Below, one piece after another: positions 1-13,512 of a stretch of DNA of 64,000 nucleotides. This DNA is from Felis catus. Lineage: Eukaryota. The position numbers were made by a program, and so were the translations under genes. Within the stretch, counting starts at the first letter, position 1. Every line of letters starts with the position of its first letter. The stretch spans positions 123,134,001 to 123,198,000 of the forward strand of contig NC_058368.1 of NCBI RefSeq assembly GCF_018350175.1. The letters are read 5' to 3'. The notes under the pieces are model-generated. The model saw only the letters and a program-made list of their open reading frames with translations, did no database searches and was not told the DNA's origin.

Positions 1-69
1 TTCAATATTTCTAAGAAGACTATGGCGAGAGGCAAGTAATGGTTAAAGTAGACTGTCTAACTGACTAGT

Positions 70-270
70 TAAGAGCATAGCTCTTAAAGCTTCACAGGCC
101 TGATTTCAAAGTTTCCACTTATTAGCTGTGTGACTTGAGTGAGTGTTTAGTCTTTGTGGCCTCGGTTTACATATCTATAAAATGAAAGTAATAATATTTT
201 TCCTGCAGAACTTTTGTGAGATATACATACATGTAAGGCACTTAACAATCTCCTAGACACAGTAATTGTA
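70..270 (+). mobile_element. MIR
   Basis: Core tagctgtgtgacttgag...cctcggttt..atctataaaatg. Confidence 0.7.
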
Positions 271-1507
271 TTGCTGTTAGCATTAAGGGAGTTTAATATT
301 AAATTTGGGGGGAGTGGTTCTTACGGCTAAGCATTATGGCAGGAAGTGGAGAGGACATTACTTGGGCATCCTGTCAAGTGAAAGCATCAGGGAACTCTGT
401 CTCTGTGTTCCAGAGCACGTACCTGTGCTCTACCTAATGTTCTGGACTGTGGGGAGGTGGGGAACCGGCATTGCAAATCCCTACACTTCAAGGGGCTGAT
501 AGTTCTTTTGGGTAAACGAGACCAAGTAGAAGTGAAGTTAGCTGCCTAGGCCCCTAAGTGTGAAGGAGAATATGAAGAAAAGTGCCTCAGGGGGATCCCT
601 GAGAGTGCTAGGCTGGGGTGGATCTGAATCTGGGGCCCTGAAGCCTCAGCAGAAGAACATAGCAACCAAGAACTACCTGGGGTCTGATAAAAAGATTCTG
701 AACATTTTAAAAACTACAAAGTGCTAAATTTATATAAGATGGTATTAGTATCAATAGAAGGAATGTGAACTCAGTTTCTTTCCAGGAGAAAGAGCATAGT
801 GGACACTGTTTGAAATAGGCCTGTGATGTCATACAGACACCTGCAAGGAAGCATCTGCTGGGAAAAGGATATACATAGGCAGATGGCAGGCATGGGAGTA
901 AGTTCCTGAAGCCCCAGAGATTGGACAGTCATATGATACTCTCCCCTACATAGTTTCAAAGTCTCAGTCTGGCAAGAGATGCTTGGCTTTCATTTTTCCT
1001 CTTCTTTTTTTAAGGAAACACAGACTTTGGCTGTGCAGTGAATGAAACCATATAGATAAGCACTGGCAAACACATGTTCTAGTTTTCATACCTCGTACAG
1101 AGAATTTTAAGTTTCATTAAGTACAATTTCTTTATCTGCCAGATGAGGACATAGTGGTACAGTGAGAATAATTGTGGCCTTTTATCTATATAACCTCCTA
1201 CAAACCACTTAACCTTCCTGAGTTATTGTCTCCTGATAGGAGAGAGAAGAAGGTAATTGTGCCAATATATGTTAGTGTTTTTGTCTTGATCAAACGAGAT
1301 AATTTATGTGAAAGCACTTATAAATGGTGAAGTATACCTTGTAGATAAATGGTTAACTAGTGAGTGAGATTCTAAGATACCATAAATCTGGCTAGAGGAT
1401 CAGTTTCTTTCCTACTTCTGGGATATGCTGACTGGTATTAGCTGTTTGCTTCTAAATTAAATGAAAGGTCTAAATCCTGGATTTTTCCTGTCTACTCCCT
1501 TAGAGGT

Positions 1508-1658
1508 GTGTTTCTCAAATATCATATTAATGAGAATTACCTGGGGAAATTGTTAAAATGCAGTTTTTATAATCCTTTCCAGAGAGATTCTCAGTAAGTC
1601 TAGGTTAGTGCCCAGGACTCCAGTTCTGGTGGACCATGGACCTCATTTACAGAAATGT
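1508..1658. mobile_element. MER5-type hAT non-autonomous transposon
   Basis: tttctcaaa...gagaattacctgggga..ttgttaaaatgcag...agagattct pattern. Confidence 0.6.
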
Positions 1659-2385
1659 AAGTTGAAATTTGTCCCTGGTGAATCAATATGCTATTAAATG
1701 CTTGGCCATACATGTTGTGGCACAAGGGCCTGAAGCTGAGAATCTGGAGACCTGGAATTTATTCCTGGCTCAAATACCAACCCAGCGCTTAGTACAAGGT
1801 AGGAGTTCAATAAATATTTACCCTAATGAATGGATGAAATAACTTGTCCTGTCACCTGGCTAAGTACTACTTCCCCTCTCCAGGCATCTGTCTCCTCATT
1901 AATAAAATTAAGGGGATGAACTAGATAATCTCTAGTACCATACCATGTCCAGCTTTGCATGTCTTTGACCCTTCCAACTTGAAACCTGCTGTGGACATAA
2001 GTAATAGCTTTTAGAAAGTTATATAAGCATCTTGGAAAGTGGTACTCATTATTTCCAGAAAATAAAGGTTTTCAGTAATATAATTTAATTGTCAAGTTGG
2101 CATCCTGTTGAATTAGTGCAATTTATTCATGTGACTGATTTCATTCCATAGAATATCTTTAGCAAAAGGGAGATGATTTTGGTTAATTTCCTAGAATATG
2201 ACACTTAAGCTTTAGAGATAACTCCTTTAAAAACCCCCATACTTTTCTCATGCTATTAGTAAATGAGTATGTTCTGTCCCCAACCAGTGCATGCTGTCCC
2301 AGATCCTTCTCTTTCTCACAATAGCCTCCAGATGGTTCACCCTGCTCTCCACTCCATTCTATCCTTTTGTTTGACTTTCATGGTT

Positions 2386-2429
2386 CTTTTTTTCTAAGTA
2401 TAATTTATTGTCAAGTTGGCTAACATACT
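2386..2429 (-). mobile_element. L1 3' terminus and A tail, inverted relative to the adjacent ORF2
   Basis: Reverse complement reads gtatgttagccaacttgacAATAAAttatacttagaaaaaaa, resembling the felid L1 ends at 6030 and 10150. Confidence 0.7.
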
Positions 2430-4791
2430 TACATCAGACAAACTAGAGTTTAAACTAAAGACTGCAAAAAGAGATGAAGAAGGGCATTATATCATAATTA
2501 AGGGGTCAATCCATCAAAAAGAGCTAACAATTGTAAATGTTTATGCTCCCAACCTGAAAACACCCAAATATATAAATCAATTAATTACAAACATAAGCAA
2601 TTTTAATACAGTAATTGTAGGTGACTTTAATACTCCACTTACAACAATGAACAGATCATATAGGCAGAAAATCAATAAAGAAACAATGGCCTTGAGTGAT
2701 ACATTGGACCATATGGACTTGACAGATATATTCAGAACTTTTTTCCAAAAGCAGCAGAATAAACATTCTTCTCAAATGCACATGAAACATTCTCCAAAAT
2801 AGATCACATACTGGGTCACAAAACATCCCTCAATAAATATAAAAGGATTGAGATCATACCATGCATATTTTCATATAACAATGCTATGAAACTTGAAATC
2901 AACCACAAGAAAAAATTTGGAAAGCCTCCAAATGTATGGAGGTTAAAGAACATCCTACTAAAAAGTGAATAGGGTAATCATACAATTAAAGAAGAAATTT
3001 AAAAAATATATGGAAGCAAAGGAAATGAAAACATGATAGTCCAAACCTTTTGGGATATAGCAAAGGCAGTCCTAGGAGGAAAATACATTGCAATCCAGGC
3101 CTATCTCAAGAAACAAGAAAAATCCCAAATAGAAAACCTAAACTCACACCTAAAGGAACTAGAAGCAGAGCAACAAAGAAACCCCAAAGCCAGCAGAAGA
3201 AGAGAAATAATGAAGATTAGAGCAGAAATAAAACAAATAGAATTAAAAAAAAAACCAGTAAAACAAATCAATGAATCTAAGAGCTGGTTTATTTGAAAAA
3301 GTAAACAAAATTGATAAGGCCCTAGCCAGACTTCTCAAAAAGAAAAGAGAGAGAACCCAAATAGATAAAATCATGAATGACAGAGGAGAGATCACAACAC
3401 CGCAGAAATACAAGCAATTATTAGAGAACACTATGAAAAATTATGGGCCAATAAACTGGACAACCTGGAAGAAATGGACAGAGTCCTAGACACTACCAAA
3501 ACTCAAATGGGAGTAAACAGAAAATGTGAGCAGACCCATGGCCAGGAAAGAAATTGAGTCAGTTATCAAAAATCTCCCAGCAAATAACAGTCCTGGGCCA
3601 GATGACTTCCCAAGGGGAATTTTACCAGACATTTAAAGTCAAGTTAATACTTATTCTTCTCAAGCTGTTCCAAAAAATAGGAATGAAGGAAAGCTTCCAA
3701 ACTCATTCTGTGAAGACAGCATTACCTTGATTCCCAAACCAGACAAAGACCCCACTAAAAAGGAGAATTACATGCCAGTATCCCTGATGAAAATGGATGC
3801 AAAAATTCTCGACAAGATACTAGCAAATCAAATTCAACAGTATATCAAAAGAATTATTCACCATGATCAAGTGGGATTCATTCCTGGGCTGCAGGGCTGG
3901 TTCAATATCTGCAAAACAATCAATGTGGTACATCACATCAATACAAGAAAGGATAAGAACCACACGATCCTGTCAATAGATGCATAAAAAGCATTTGACA
4001 AAATACAGCATCCTTTCTTATTAAAAACCCTCAAGAAAGTTGGGATAGAAGGAACATACCTTAACATCATAAAAGCTATATATTAAAGGCCCACAGCTAA
4101 TATGATCTTTAATGGGGGAAAAACAAAGCTTTCCCCCTGAGATCAGGAACATGGCAGGGATGTCCACTCTCACCAATATTATTTAACATAGAGTTGGAAG
4201 TCTTAGCCTCCATAATCAGGCAACAAAAGGAAATAAAAGGCATCCAAATTGGCAAAGAAGAAGGCAAACTTTCACTTTTTGCAAATGGCATGATACTCTA
4301 CATGGAAAACCTGAAAGATTCCACCAAAAAACTGCTAGAACTAATCCATAAATTCAGCAAAGTCACAGGATATAAAATCAATGTACAGAAATTGGTTGCA
4401 TTTCTATATACCAATAATGAAGCAACAGAAAGAGAAATCAAGGAATCAATCCCATTTACAATTGCACCAAAACCCATAAAATACCTAGGAATAAACCTAA
4501 CCAAAGAGGTTAAAGATCTATATGCTGAAACTATAGAAAGCTTATGAAAGAAATTGAAGAAGACACAAAGAAGTGGAAAAACATTCCATGCTCGTGGATT
4601 TGGAAGAACAAATATTGTTAAAACGTCGATACTACCCAAAGCAATCTATACATTCAATGTAGTCCCAATCAAAATTGCACCGGCATTCTTCTCAGAGCTA
4701 GAACAAACAATCTTAAAATTTGTATGGACCCACAAAAGACCCCAATAGCCAAAGTAATGTTGAAAAACAAAATCAAAGCAGAAGGAATCAC
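2426..4791 (+). mobile_element. Carnivore L1 ORF2 fragment (endonuclease + RT), degraded
   Basis: ORF pieces with L1 motifs [39 protein letters not shown]; stops and frameshifts between them. Confidence 0.97.
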
Positions 4792-4916
4792 AGAATCCAA
4801 AGCTCCAGGCTCCAAGCTGTCAGCAGAGCCTGATGTGGGGCTTCAACTCAAGAACCATGAGATCATGACCTGACCCGAAGTCGGACACTTAACCAACAGA
4901 ACCACCCAGGCTCCCC
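4792..4916 (-). mobile_element. Can-SINE head only (CT tract and tail missing)
   Basis: tRNA-derived head ...gagatcatgacctga...cacccaggctcccc, fused directly to L1. Confidence 0.9.
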
Positions 4917-5476
4917 ATTCCTTTGCTTTTTTATATGTGCATATATAAATAACTTTGTTCCTTATAGGACATCCAAGTGATTTGTTTAGATTTTTTTATG
5001 TTTTGAATTCATATAAATGTTATTATACACTTTATATTGTTACCACTTGAATTTTTTCTAAATGTTTAATTGTGAGGTTTCATCTATTTTGATATGTATA
5101 TTTCTACATATATCACATGTTAATTACTCTGTACTGTTTTACTGTATGAATAAACCACAATTCATTCATGGGAATATCTTACTGATGGATATTCATATTG
5201 ATTTATTTTTTCTTTTCGTTTTTTGTTGTTGTTGTTGTTGTTGTTGGAAAAACTAGTATTTGTACATGTCTCCTAGTGTGGAAGTACAAGAGTATCTCTA
5301 ACATATTCATCTAGGATTTGCATTGCTTGCTCATATGGTGCCTATATCTTCAACTTTCCTGGATAGTGTTGTTTTCCAAGGTGTTTTTGGAAATTTGTAA
5401 TTTGTAATTAGTAATTGGTAATTAGTTGTGATTAAACTTTTGTGTTTAGGAAGACTGTTGGGAAATAAAGTTGCCC

Positions 5477-5695
5477 GGGTGCCTGGGTGGCTGTCATTTA
5501 AATGACTGACTCTGATTTCGGCTCAGGTCATGATCTCACGGTTCATGAGTTCGAGCCCCCGCCTCAGTCCCACTTCTGAGCACTGCGCTAACAGCCTACC
5601 TGGGATTCTTACTCCCTCTCTCTCTCATGCTCGTGCTTCCCCGCTTGTGCTTTCTCTCTCTCTCTCAAATTAAATAAATAAACTTCTTAAAAAAC
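5477..5695 (+). mobile_element. Can-SINE
   Basis: gggtgcctgggtggct head, CT tract, aaataaa tail. Confidence 0.93.
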
Positions 5696-5959
5696 AAAGC
5701 TGGGAAAGAAGGTTATAAATCAGACTGTGCAGTAAGCCGAGGGGCCAAGGTGTTCTTCTAGAGGAAAAAGAAAGCCATCAGTTGTGAGACCTTGTAGGTT
5801 ACTTACCTTATCTGAATCTTAGTTACCTTCTCAGTAAAATGGGGGCAGTAATGCCTACCTCATGAGGTTGTTTTGAAGACCCTAGCATGTGCTAATGGAT
5901 CAATAAATTTTTAGATATTCGTATCAGAAAACATGGTGAACCAGGCATGGTATAAGTAG

Positions 5960-6630
5960 ATTTTTATTTAACTTAATTTTATTTTATTTTATTTTATTTT
6001 ATTTTATTTTATTTTATTTTATTTTATTTTTTAATATGAAATTTATTGTCAAATTGGTTTCCATACATCACCCAGTGATCATCCCAACAGGTGCCCTCCT
6101 CAATGCCCATCACCCACTTTCCCCTCCTCCCATCCCCCATCAACCCTCAGTTTATTTTCGGTTTTTAAGAGTCTCATGGTTTGGCTCCCTCCCTCTCTGT
6201 AACTTCTTTTTTTTCCCTTCCCCTCCCCCTTGGCTTCTGTTAAGTTTCTCAGGATCCACATAAGAGTGAAAACATATGGTATCTATCTTTCCTCTGTATG
6301 ACTTATTTTACTTAACATAACACTCTCCAGTTCCATCCACATTACCACAAAAGGCCATATTTCATTCTTTCTCATTGCCAGGTAGTATTCCATTGCATAT
6401 ATAAACCACAATTTCTTTATTCATTCATCAGTTGATGGACATTTAGGCTCTTTCCATAATTTGGCTATTGTTGAAAGTGCTGCTGTAAACATTGGGGTAC
6501 AAGTGCCCCTGTGCATGAGCACTCCTGTATCCCTTGGGTAAATTCCTAGCAGTGCTATGGCTGGGTCATAGGGTAAATCTATTTTTAATTTTTTTGAGGA
6601 ACCTCCACACTGTTTTTCCAGAGTGGCAGC
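5960..6630 (-). mobile_element. Felid L1 3' end, 5'-truncated, (TTTTA)n tail
   Basis: tttattgtcaaattggtttccatac...ggaacctccacactgttttt; closely similar to the copy at 10110. Confidence 0.93.
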
Positions 6631-6753
6631 ATAGACTTATATTTTAGAAAGCCAATGGCACCTGGGTATAGTATGGATGTTTTCAGGAAGACAGGAAACT
6701 ATGATGGTTATCTAGCTGATAGAAAATCTTCATTAATCTTTTAAGATCTAATT

Positions 6754-6964
6754 CAGGGTTTCTCAACTTTGACACAATTAAAATTTTGAGCTGGATAATC
6801 CTTTGTTTTGGGAGTGTTGTCCTGTGCATTGCAGGATGTCCCTGGTGTTTACCTACTTGACGCCAATAGCAGTCCCTCTCTTCCCCGTGTGGCAATCAAA
6901 AATGTCCATAGATATTGCCAAATGTCCCCCAGGGGACAAAATTGCAACCATATGAGAATCTTTG
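6754..6964 (-). mobile_element. MER20 hAT transposon with intact 8-bp TSD
   Basis: cagggtttctcaac...gccaaatgtcccccagggg; flanked by atctaatt at 6746-6753 and 6965-6972. Confidence 0.9.
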
Positions 6965-7197
6965 ATCTAATTCCAATGTCAACTTCTTCATAAAGTTTTC
7001 CTTGTCTCCCTTAGAAAAACAGAGTTTTTCTCTTCCTACAAATGACTTTCTATGGCATCTCTCAGATAGTTTTGAATTATTTATTTGTCTATTTCTATAC
7101 AAGGCCACGTTCTTATAAACCACATTGATCATTTTTGTATTCCAGGCACTTAGAACATGGTAGAAACTAACATAGATTTTTTAAATGTGAATTATCA

Positions 7198-7578
7198 GGG
7201 CACCTGGGCATCTCAGTTAGTTAAGGGTCCGACTCTTTTTTCTTTTTATTTTTTTAATGTTTATTTTTATTTTTGAGAAAGAGCATGAGCGGGGGAGGAG
7301 CAGAGAGACAGAGGTACTGATGATCCAAAACGGGCTCTGAGCTGACAACAGCGAGCCCCATGTAGGGCTCAAACTCATGAACCGTGAGATCATGACCTGA
7401 GCTGAAGTCCAGTGCTCAACCAGCTGAGCCACCCAGGTGCCCCAAGGGTCTGACTCTTGATTTTGGCTTAGTGTAGAGCCTGCTTGGGATTCTTTCTCTT
7501 TCCCTCTTCCTCTCCCCCCTCTTCTGCTTCCTCTCTCTCTCTCTCTCAAAATAAATAAATAAACATTTTTTAAAAATA
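7198..7578 (+). mobile_element. Can-SINE (+) interrupted by a second Can-SINE
   Basis: Outer TSD aaat(g/t)tgaattatca at 7183-7197 and 7579-7593. Confidence 0.9.
7238..7443 (-). mobile_element. Nested Can-SINE (-)
   Basis: TSD aagggtc(c/t)gactctt at 7223-7237 and 7444-7458. Confidence 0.93.
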
Positions 7579-7599
7579 AAATTTGAATTATCAAATGAG

Positions 7600-9560
7600 T
7601 AATTCAACAATTATTACTGTGAATATCCCTTGTCCTAGAGACTGTGTCAAGTGTTGTATTGAAGTTAAAGTGTTAAACAAAAAGGCATGGTTCCTGACCT
7701 TGCAGAATGTATAATGTAATGGAAGAGAAGGAACAGACAAGTAATAAATTAACAAAATAGTTACAGATATGATAAATGCTATGAAAGAAATCCAAATTGT
7801 GCTTTGACACACACAAAAAAATGAGGGCCTTTATTTATTTTAGGGCCTTTAAGTTTTTCAGGGAAAACGGTGTCATTTAATTTGAGGCCTGAAAGTTGAG
7901 ATAAGTAAGGTATGGAAAGAATTAGGTAGAAGAGCTTTCCAGGTAAAAGAACTAACAGGAGCAAAACTCTTGAGTTAGGAAAGTTTGTGTGAACACACAT
8001 GACAGCAGTGTGTGATGAAGATGAAGAACTGGCAAGGATGAGATCATTGTTGCCTGCCATAAACAATTTGTGTTTAATTATAAATGTAACAGAAATCTGT
8101 TGGATGGTTGCTTAGGAAAGGAGAGACATGACCTGATTTCATTTAGGTCTTTGGCCTTAAGTGACCTATTTAACTTCTCTGAGCTTAGACCTCATAGGGG
8201 TGTTGTGAAGATGAAGTTAATTAACATGGATTAATTAGTATAGATGACGGATTGCATGTGATCATTGAGAGAACTGAGAAATCAAAGACAAATGCTAGGT
8301 TTGGGGCATCGTTGGGAAAATGATGGTGTAATTGACTGTAATAGGACAGACTGCAGGTGAAGGTCAGGTAGGGAAAGTCACGAGTTCTATATATTTTTTT
8401 AAAAAGTTTATTTATTCTGAAAGAGTGAGAGAGAGAGAGGCAGAGAGTGGAGGGGAGAGAGAATCCCAAGTAGGCTCCATGGTATCAGTCCCGAGCCTAA
8501 TGCAGTACTGGATCCCACGAACAATCATGGGTCATGGGTCATGAGGTCATGACCTGAGTTGAAACCAAGAGTCAAATGTTTAACCACCTGAACCACACGG
8601 GCACCCCTATCTTGAATGAATAAAAGCAAGTGAGCCAGCATGCAGGCATTAGTAATGAAGTTAAAAAAGAAGCATAGAGATTGGGAATTTTATTAATAGA
8701 ATCAATAAGGTGTTGTGACCAGTTAGATGTACCTGGATAAAAAGATGTTAAAATGACTTCTACATTTCTAGCTGGGGATAGGGAAGTTCTAAATATAGGG
8801 AACAAGAGAGGAGGAGACTTGGGTGTGAGGAAGAAATAGTGAGTTTGGTTTTGGATATGTGAGTAATTATGACTGATGGAGAGTTAGAAGTTAGAAGTCT
8901 GGTTGAAGGGGGAGATGGAGATGATTTGGAGTTAATGTCATGTAGTTGACAGTTAATGGGTCAGGAATTAAATTTTGAGACATACCAGATTTGAGAACTA
9001 GGCAGGGAAGGAAAGGAAAATAAGGAAATGAGACTGAGAAAGAATGTTCTGCATGGTAGAAGCATAGGTGAAGAGAGTAGTGGCACTGAAATGAAAGGCA
9101 GAGACTTCAGAGGGAAGTGCAACTATCATCTCGAATTTTGATGAGAAATTAAATGAGAAATGAATTTATCTTTAAATAGCTAATGCTAGTGATTTTCAGT
9201 ACAATTGTAGGAGAGAAGCTAAATTAGATTTGGTTAATGCTGAATAAATGAATGAGAGGCAAGGTAGTAGAAGCCATAAGTAGATACTGCCCTTCAGAGG
9301 ACCTTGGGAACACAAGAGGAAGGGAGAACTGAGGGAGTAACTTACAGGAGAAAGATAAAGTGTGTTTGTGGGTTAAAGGAAAACATCCTGTTGTAGTGAG
9401 GCTATTATAAGGAACTTTGATAAGGCAATGCACTATAGACGTGGGAGTCCTTGGAATACAGAAGAGAGGTGGGTGATTAGCCTTGAAGAATATTTAAGTC
9501 ATCCTTCTCCTGAGGCAAAATGGAAAAAGGAAAGGATGACTGAAACTGTAAATGTATTTT
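7600..9560 (-). mobile_element. Fragmented L2 LINE
   Basis: L2-type purine-rich phrases (ggttcctgaccttgcag, ataaatgctatgaaagaaa, ttccaggtaaaagaac, gagtttggttttggatatgt); boundaries approximate. Confidence 0.6.
8394..8607 (-). mobile_element. Can-SINE
   Basis: polyT, GA tract, head ending gggcacccc. Confidence 0.9.
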
Positions 9561-10108
9561 GAAGTGAAAAGAAGGAACAGTAGTTGAAATTAATGGCATT
9601 TCCATGACATTAAGGAGGGTAATGTTCATTTTCATTCAACAAATACTCACCTTGCATATGATTTTTGTCAGGCACCATGGACATACCAGGGAATATACCT
9701 TACGGAGAGAATTGAGGCAGAGAGAAGTTAAATAAATGGCCTTGGTTCAAAGAAATAGTAAATGGAAGAATTGGAATTCAAAATTAGATGTGCCTGAGTT
9801 TAGAGCTTAGTTTCTTAAATATAAGCTATACCTCCACATGAAAATAGCTGTCCTTTGTTGATTAGGTGTGGAATTTTGCAAAGAGAAGGGGTAGAAACTC
9901 GAGATTATGTGTTACTGAAGGTGAGGTAATACCTGATATGTTGAGCATTGGATTTAGGTTGGAATAATGAGAGAGAAAACTAAGACAAGATATTCAGTTA
10001 GCAATAATAGGAAGAGGAGAAGGAACTTGGGTATGAGTAATGTGAGGAGCAAGATGAGTGAGAGAGAGTGGGAAAGATGGAAAGAGGGGATCTGATCAGA
10101 AATGGCAC

Positions 10109-10109
<1 letters not shown>

Positions 10110-10150
<41 letters not shown>

Positions 10151-10486
10151 GAAATTGTCAAATTGGTTTCCATACAACACCCAGTGCTCATCCCAACAGG
10201 TGCCCTCCTCAATACCCATCACCCACCCACCTCTCCCTCCCACCCCCCATAAACCCTCAGTTTGTTCTCAGTTTTTAGGAGTCTCTTATGTTCTGGCTCC
10301 CTCCCTCTCTAGCCATTTTTTTCTTCCCCTTCCCCATAGTCTTCTGTTAAGTTTCTCAGGATCCACATAGGAGTGAAAACATATGGAATCTGTCCTTCTC
10401 TGTATGACTTATTTCACTTAGCGTAACACTCTCCAGTTCCATCCATGTTGCTACAAAAGGCCATATTTCATTCTTTCTCATTGCCA
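10110..10486 (-). mobile_element. Felid L1 3' end with (TAT)n tail
   Basis: Perfect TSD agaaatggcact at 10098-10109 and 10487-10498. Confidence 0.95.
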
Positions 10487-11659
10487 AGAAATGGCACTTT
10501 TAAGTTTTACATCTTGGGGGTGGAGAATACCCTGTGATGATGAGGGCCAGAGTGTAGCTCTGTAAAAAACTCCACAAGGAAAGCTTATAGGAGAATTCAG
10601 AGAACACATAAATTGGACGATAAAAACAGTGCAAGGCAGACAACCCCATGAACCTTAATAAAATCCACAAGTTGTAACTGTATTTTATACAATTGTCAAG
10701 GATAGTTAAATTTTGTGTATTATTTTTTATTCAAGGAGGCAAAATGTGTGTGTAGAGATTTTTAGAATATTTTCCCCTTCTGGGATATGGTTAAGCTATA
10801 TGGAATGTAAAGGGTAAATTCTGCATTATTCAGAAATCTCGATCATATTGAATAACTCATTCTGTAAGGTATTGGCTTACTGATTTCACGTTCTTTAAAA
10901 TTATTCCCACCACCTGTATACTCATTAAATGTTGTGGCCCAATTGTTTAACTGATTCTTCTGTCACACGCAGCCAGGTTGGCTATGTGTCTGTTAAGTAT
11001 AATGCCAGTAGGTGCAGGAGTCCTCAGAATCCCAAAAAACTTCTCTATTCTTTGATAGTATTTCAGTTGAGCTACCCTTTCGCCATGTTTGATAAGCTCT
11101 TCCCTCCTTCAGATAATTACTCAGGAAATTCCCACCCACATTCCACCTGAGAGTCCCAGCTGTTTCCTTCCCACTCAGATATTTTTAATAGCTCCCAAAA
11201 TAGCCTCTGTCATGTAGTTTTTCTGTCTTCTTCCTGATATAAATAAAATTCCCGAAGTAATAAAAGCAGTAATAAATATATATATGTGGCACAGTTTTCA
11301 AAATGCTTCCATATGCACATTTTTGTCCTCACCCCAATAATGTGAGAAAGCAGGGATTATTTTCACTTTACTGACTGAAGAGACAAGTTAAATGACTTGT
11401 CCAAGGTTGTTTCTCCTAGTAAATAAAGATGACCAGTGTGAAAGCCTGGGTCTTCTGAACTCAACTTCCACCCCCAAGAGCTTCATTCTTTTAAAGAAAT
11501 ATGAAGTTTAGAGCTTGAAGGAAAAGATTTTAGGCATCATTAATTGCAACTTTCCATTTATTGCTAATATCCCATCGTCAGTATCCTTGCAAAGGACCCA
11601 GCTCTTCTTGGTCCTTTGCACTTTAACATGTACTATAAATTCAGCTACTCATTCTCTAT

Positions 11660-12624
11660 GAAGAGTCTTGCTAGAATTTTGAATGCTACTGAGTTGAGTT
11701 TGTACATTAAATTTGGGTACATTTGAAATTTTTATAATTTTAATCCTTTGTATCCACAAACATGTATTTATCTATTTCAGTTTCCTTCATTTCTTTCAAG
11801 TATCGTTTCATAGTTTTAGTGTAGAGGTTTTATACAGCTTTCATTCTATTTATTCCTAAATGTTTTGTTTCTGATGCTATTGTAAATGGCCTTATATATT
11901 TTTACTATAAAAAATTCTTTCTAGGGGCGTCCGGGTGACTCAGTCAGTTAAGTGTCCGGCTCCTGGTTTTGGCTCAGGTCATGATCTCACAGTTTCGGCG
12001 TTCAAGCCCCGCGCCAGGCTCTGTGCTGGCAGCGTGGAGCCTGCTTGAAATTCTCTCTCTCTCCCTTTCTCTCTGCCCCTCCCCCACTCATGCTCTGTCT
12101 CTCTCAAAATAAATAAATAAACTTAAAACATGTCTTTCTAAACATTTTTAAAATTTATTTCTTAGAGTATAGCTGACATTTATTATATTAGTTTCAGGTG
12201 CACAACATAGAGATCCAGCAGTTCCATGCATTACAGAAAGCTCACCAAGTGTAGTCACCATCTGCCAACATACAAAATTATTACAGTATTATTAAGTGTA
12301 TTCCCTGTGCTCTCCTTTTCATCCCTGTGACTTATTTATTTTATAACTGGAAGCTCATACCTCTTCATTCCCTCCACTTATTTTGCCTATCCTGGCACCC
12401 GTCTCTTCTCTGGTGACCACTAGCTTGTTTTCTATATTTATGAGTCTGTTTCTCTTTTGTTGTTGTTTGTTCATTTGTTTTGTTTTTTAGATTCCACAAA
12501 TAAGTGAAATCATATGGTATTTGTCTTTCTCTGACTTATTTCACATAGCATAATATCTTCTAGGTTCATCTATGTTGTGGTGAATGGTAAGATTTCATTC
12601 TTTTTTTATGGCTGAGTAATATTC

Positions 12625-12672
<48 letters not shown>

Positions 12673-13200
12673 ATCCGTTCATCCATCAATGGACACTTAG
12701 GTTGCTTCCGTATCTTGGCTATTGTGAATAATGCTGCAATGAACATAGAGGTAAGTATGTCTTCTCAAATTAGTATTTTCATTTTATTGACAATTGATAT
12801 TGACAACAATTGGATTTGGATCTACCTCCTTACTATATATTTTCTGTGAGTCTTTCCTCCTGTTTTTGATTCCCTTTTCTCATTTTCCTGCTGTTTTTGC
12901 ATTGAGTATTTTCCTATGATTCCATTTTTGTTGCATCATTGTTTATTAGTTACACCTTTTTAAAATTTTTAAAGTTTTACTCTAGTGTTTTCAATATACA
13001 TTTTAAGCTTTTGCAATCTATGATTAAATATTATGCCAACCACTGAGCATGTAATAACCTTACAATAGTATATTTTCATTTCCTCTCTGCAGTCATTCAT
13101 ACCATTGTGGTCATGTTTAATTTCTTTCTATGTAATAAACCCACAAATATATTTAACTTTAGGGCATCATATCTTTTAACGTTATTAATTAAAAGAATGT
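11660..13200 (-). mobile_element. L1 cluster: old L1M fragments plus an L1 3' end at ~12140-12790, with (GT)n at 12628-12670
   Basis: gatgctattgtaaatgg; ttagtttcaggtgcacaacat; ggacacttaggttgcttccgtatcttggctattgtgaataatgctgc. Confidence 0.8.
11924..12130 (+). mobile_element. Can-SINE
   Basis: Head, CT tract and A tail; flanks share tctttcta. Confidence 0.93.
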
Positions 13201-13512
13201 TTAAATTTGGGTTTGGAAGTTAGTAAAACTGAAATCTCATCTTATTACATTCATTTTTGTTCTGGATATCATGGACTAATTTGACGTTTTTCCTCATCCT
13301 TTAAAAAGATAGGATGTTTCCCTTCTATGATGCATTTTTGCTTTTTGAGATTTTAATAATAGTCCAACCTAATGATAATTTAGTGGCTAAATGATTTTAA
13401 GAAATGTTCTATATTTAATTTTTCTCTAGATTTCACATATCTTTTAGCACTTGAAAGGAGTCCTGCAGCTAGGTAAAGTTATTTAATTTGCTTAAACCAA
13501 GATTGATAAATC

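Noticed and set aside
9998..10370. Poly-Ile and poly-Tyr ORFs
   Set aside because: Translations of the (TAT)n L1 tail.
11003..11020. CTCF-like gccagtaggtgcag
   Set aside because: Lacks the GGC core spacing; a single weak match.
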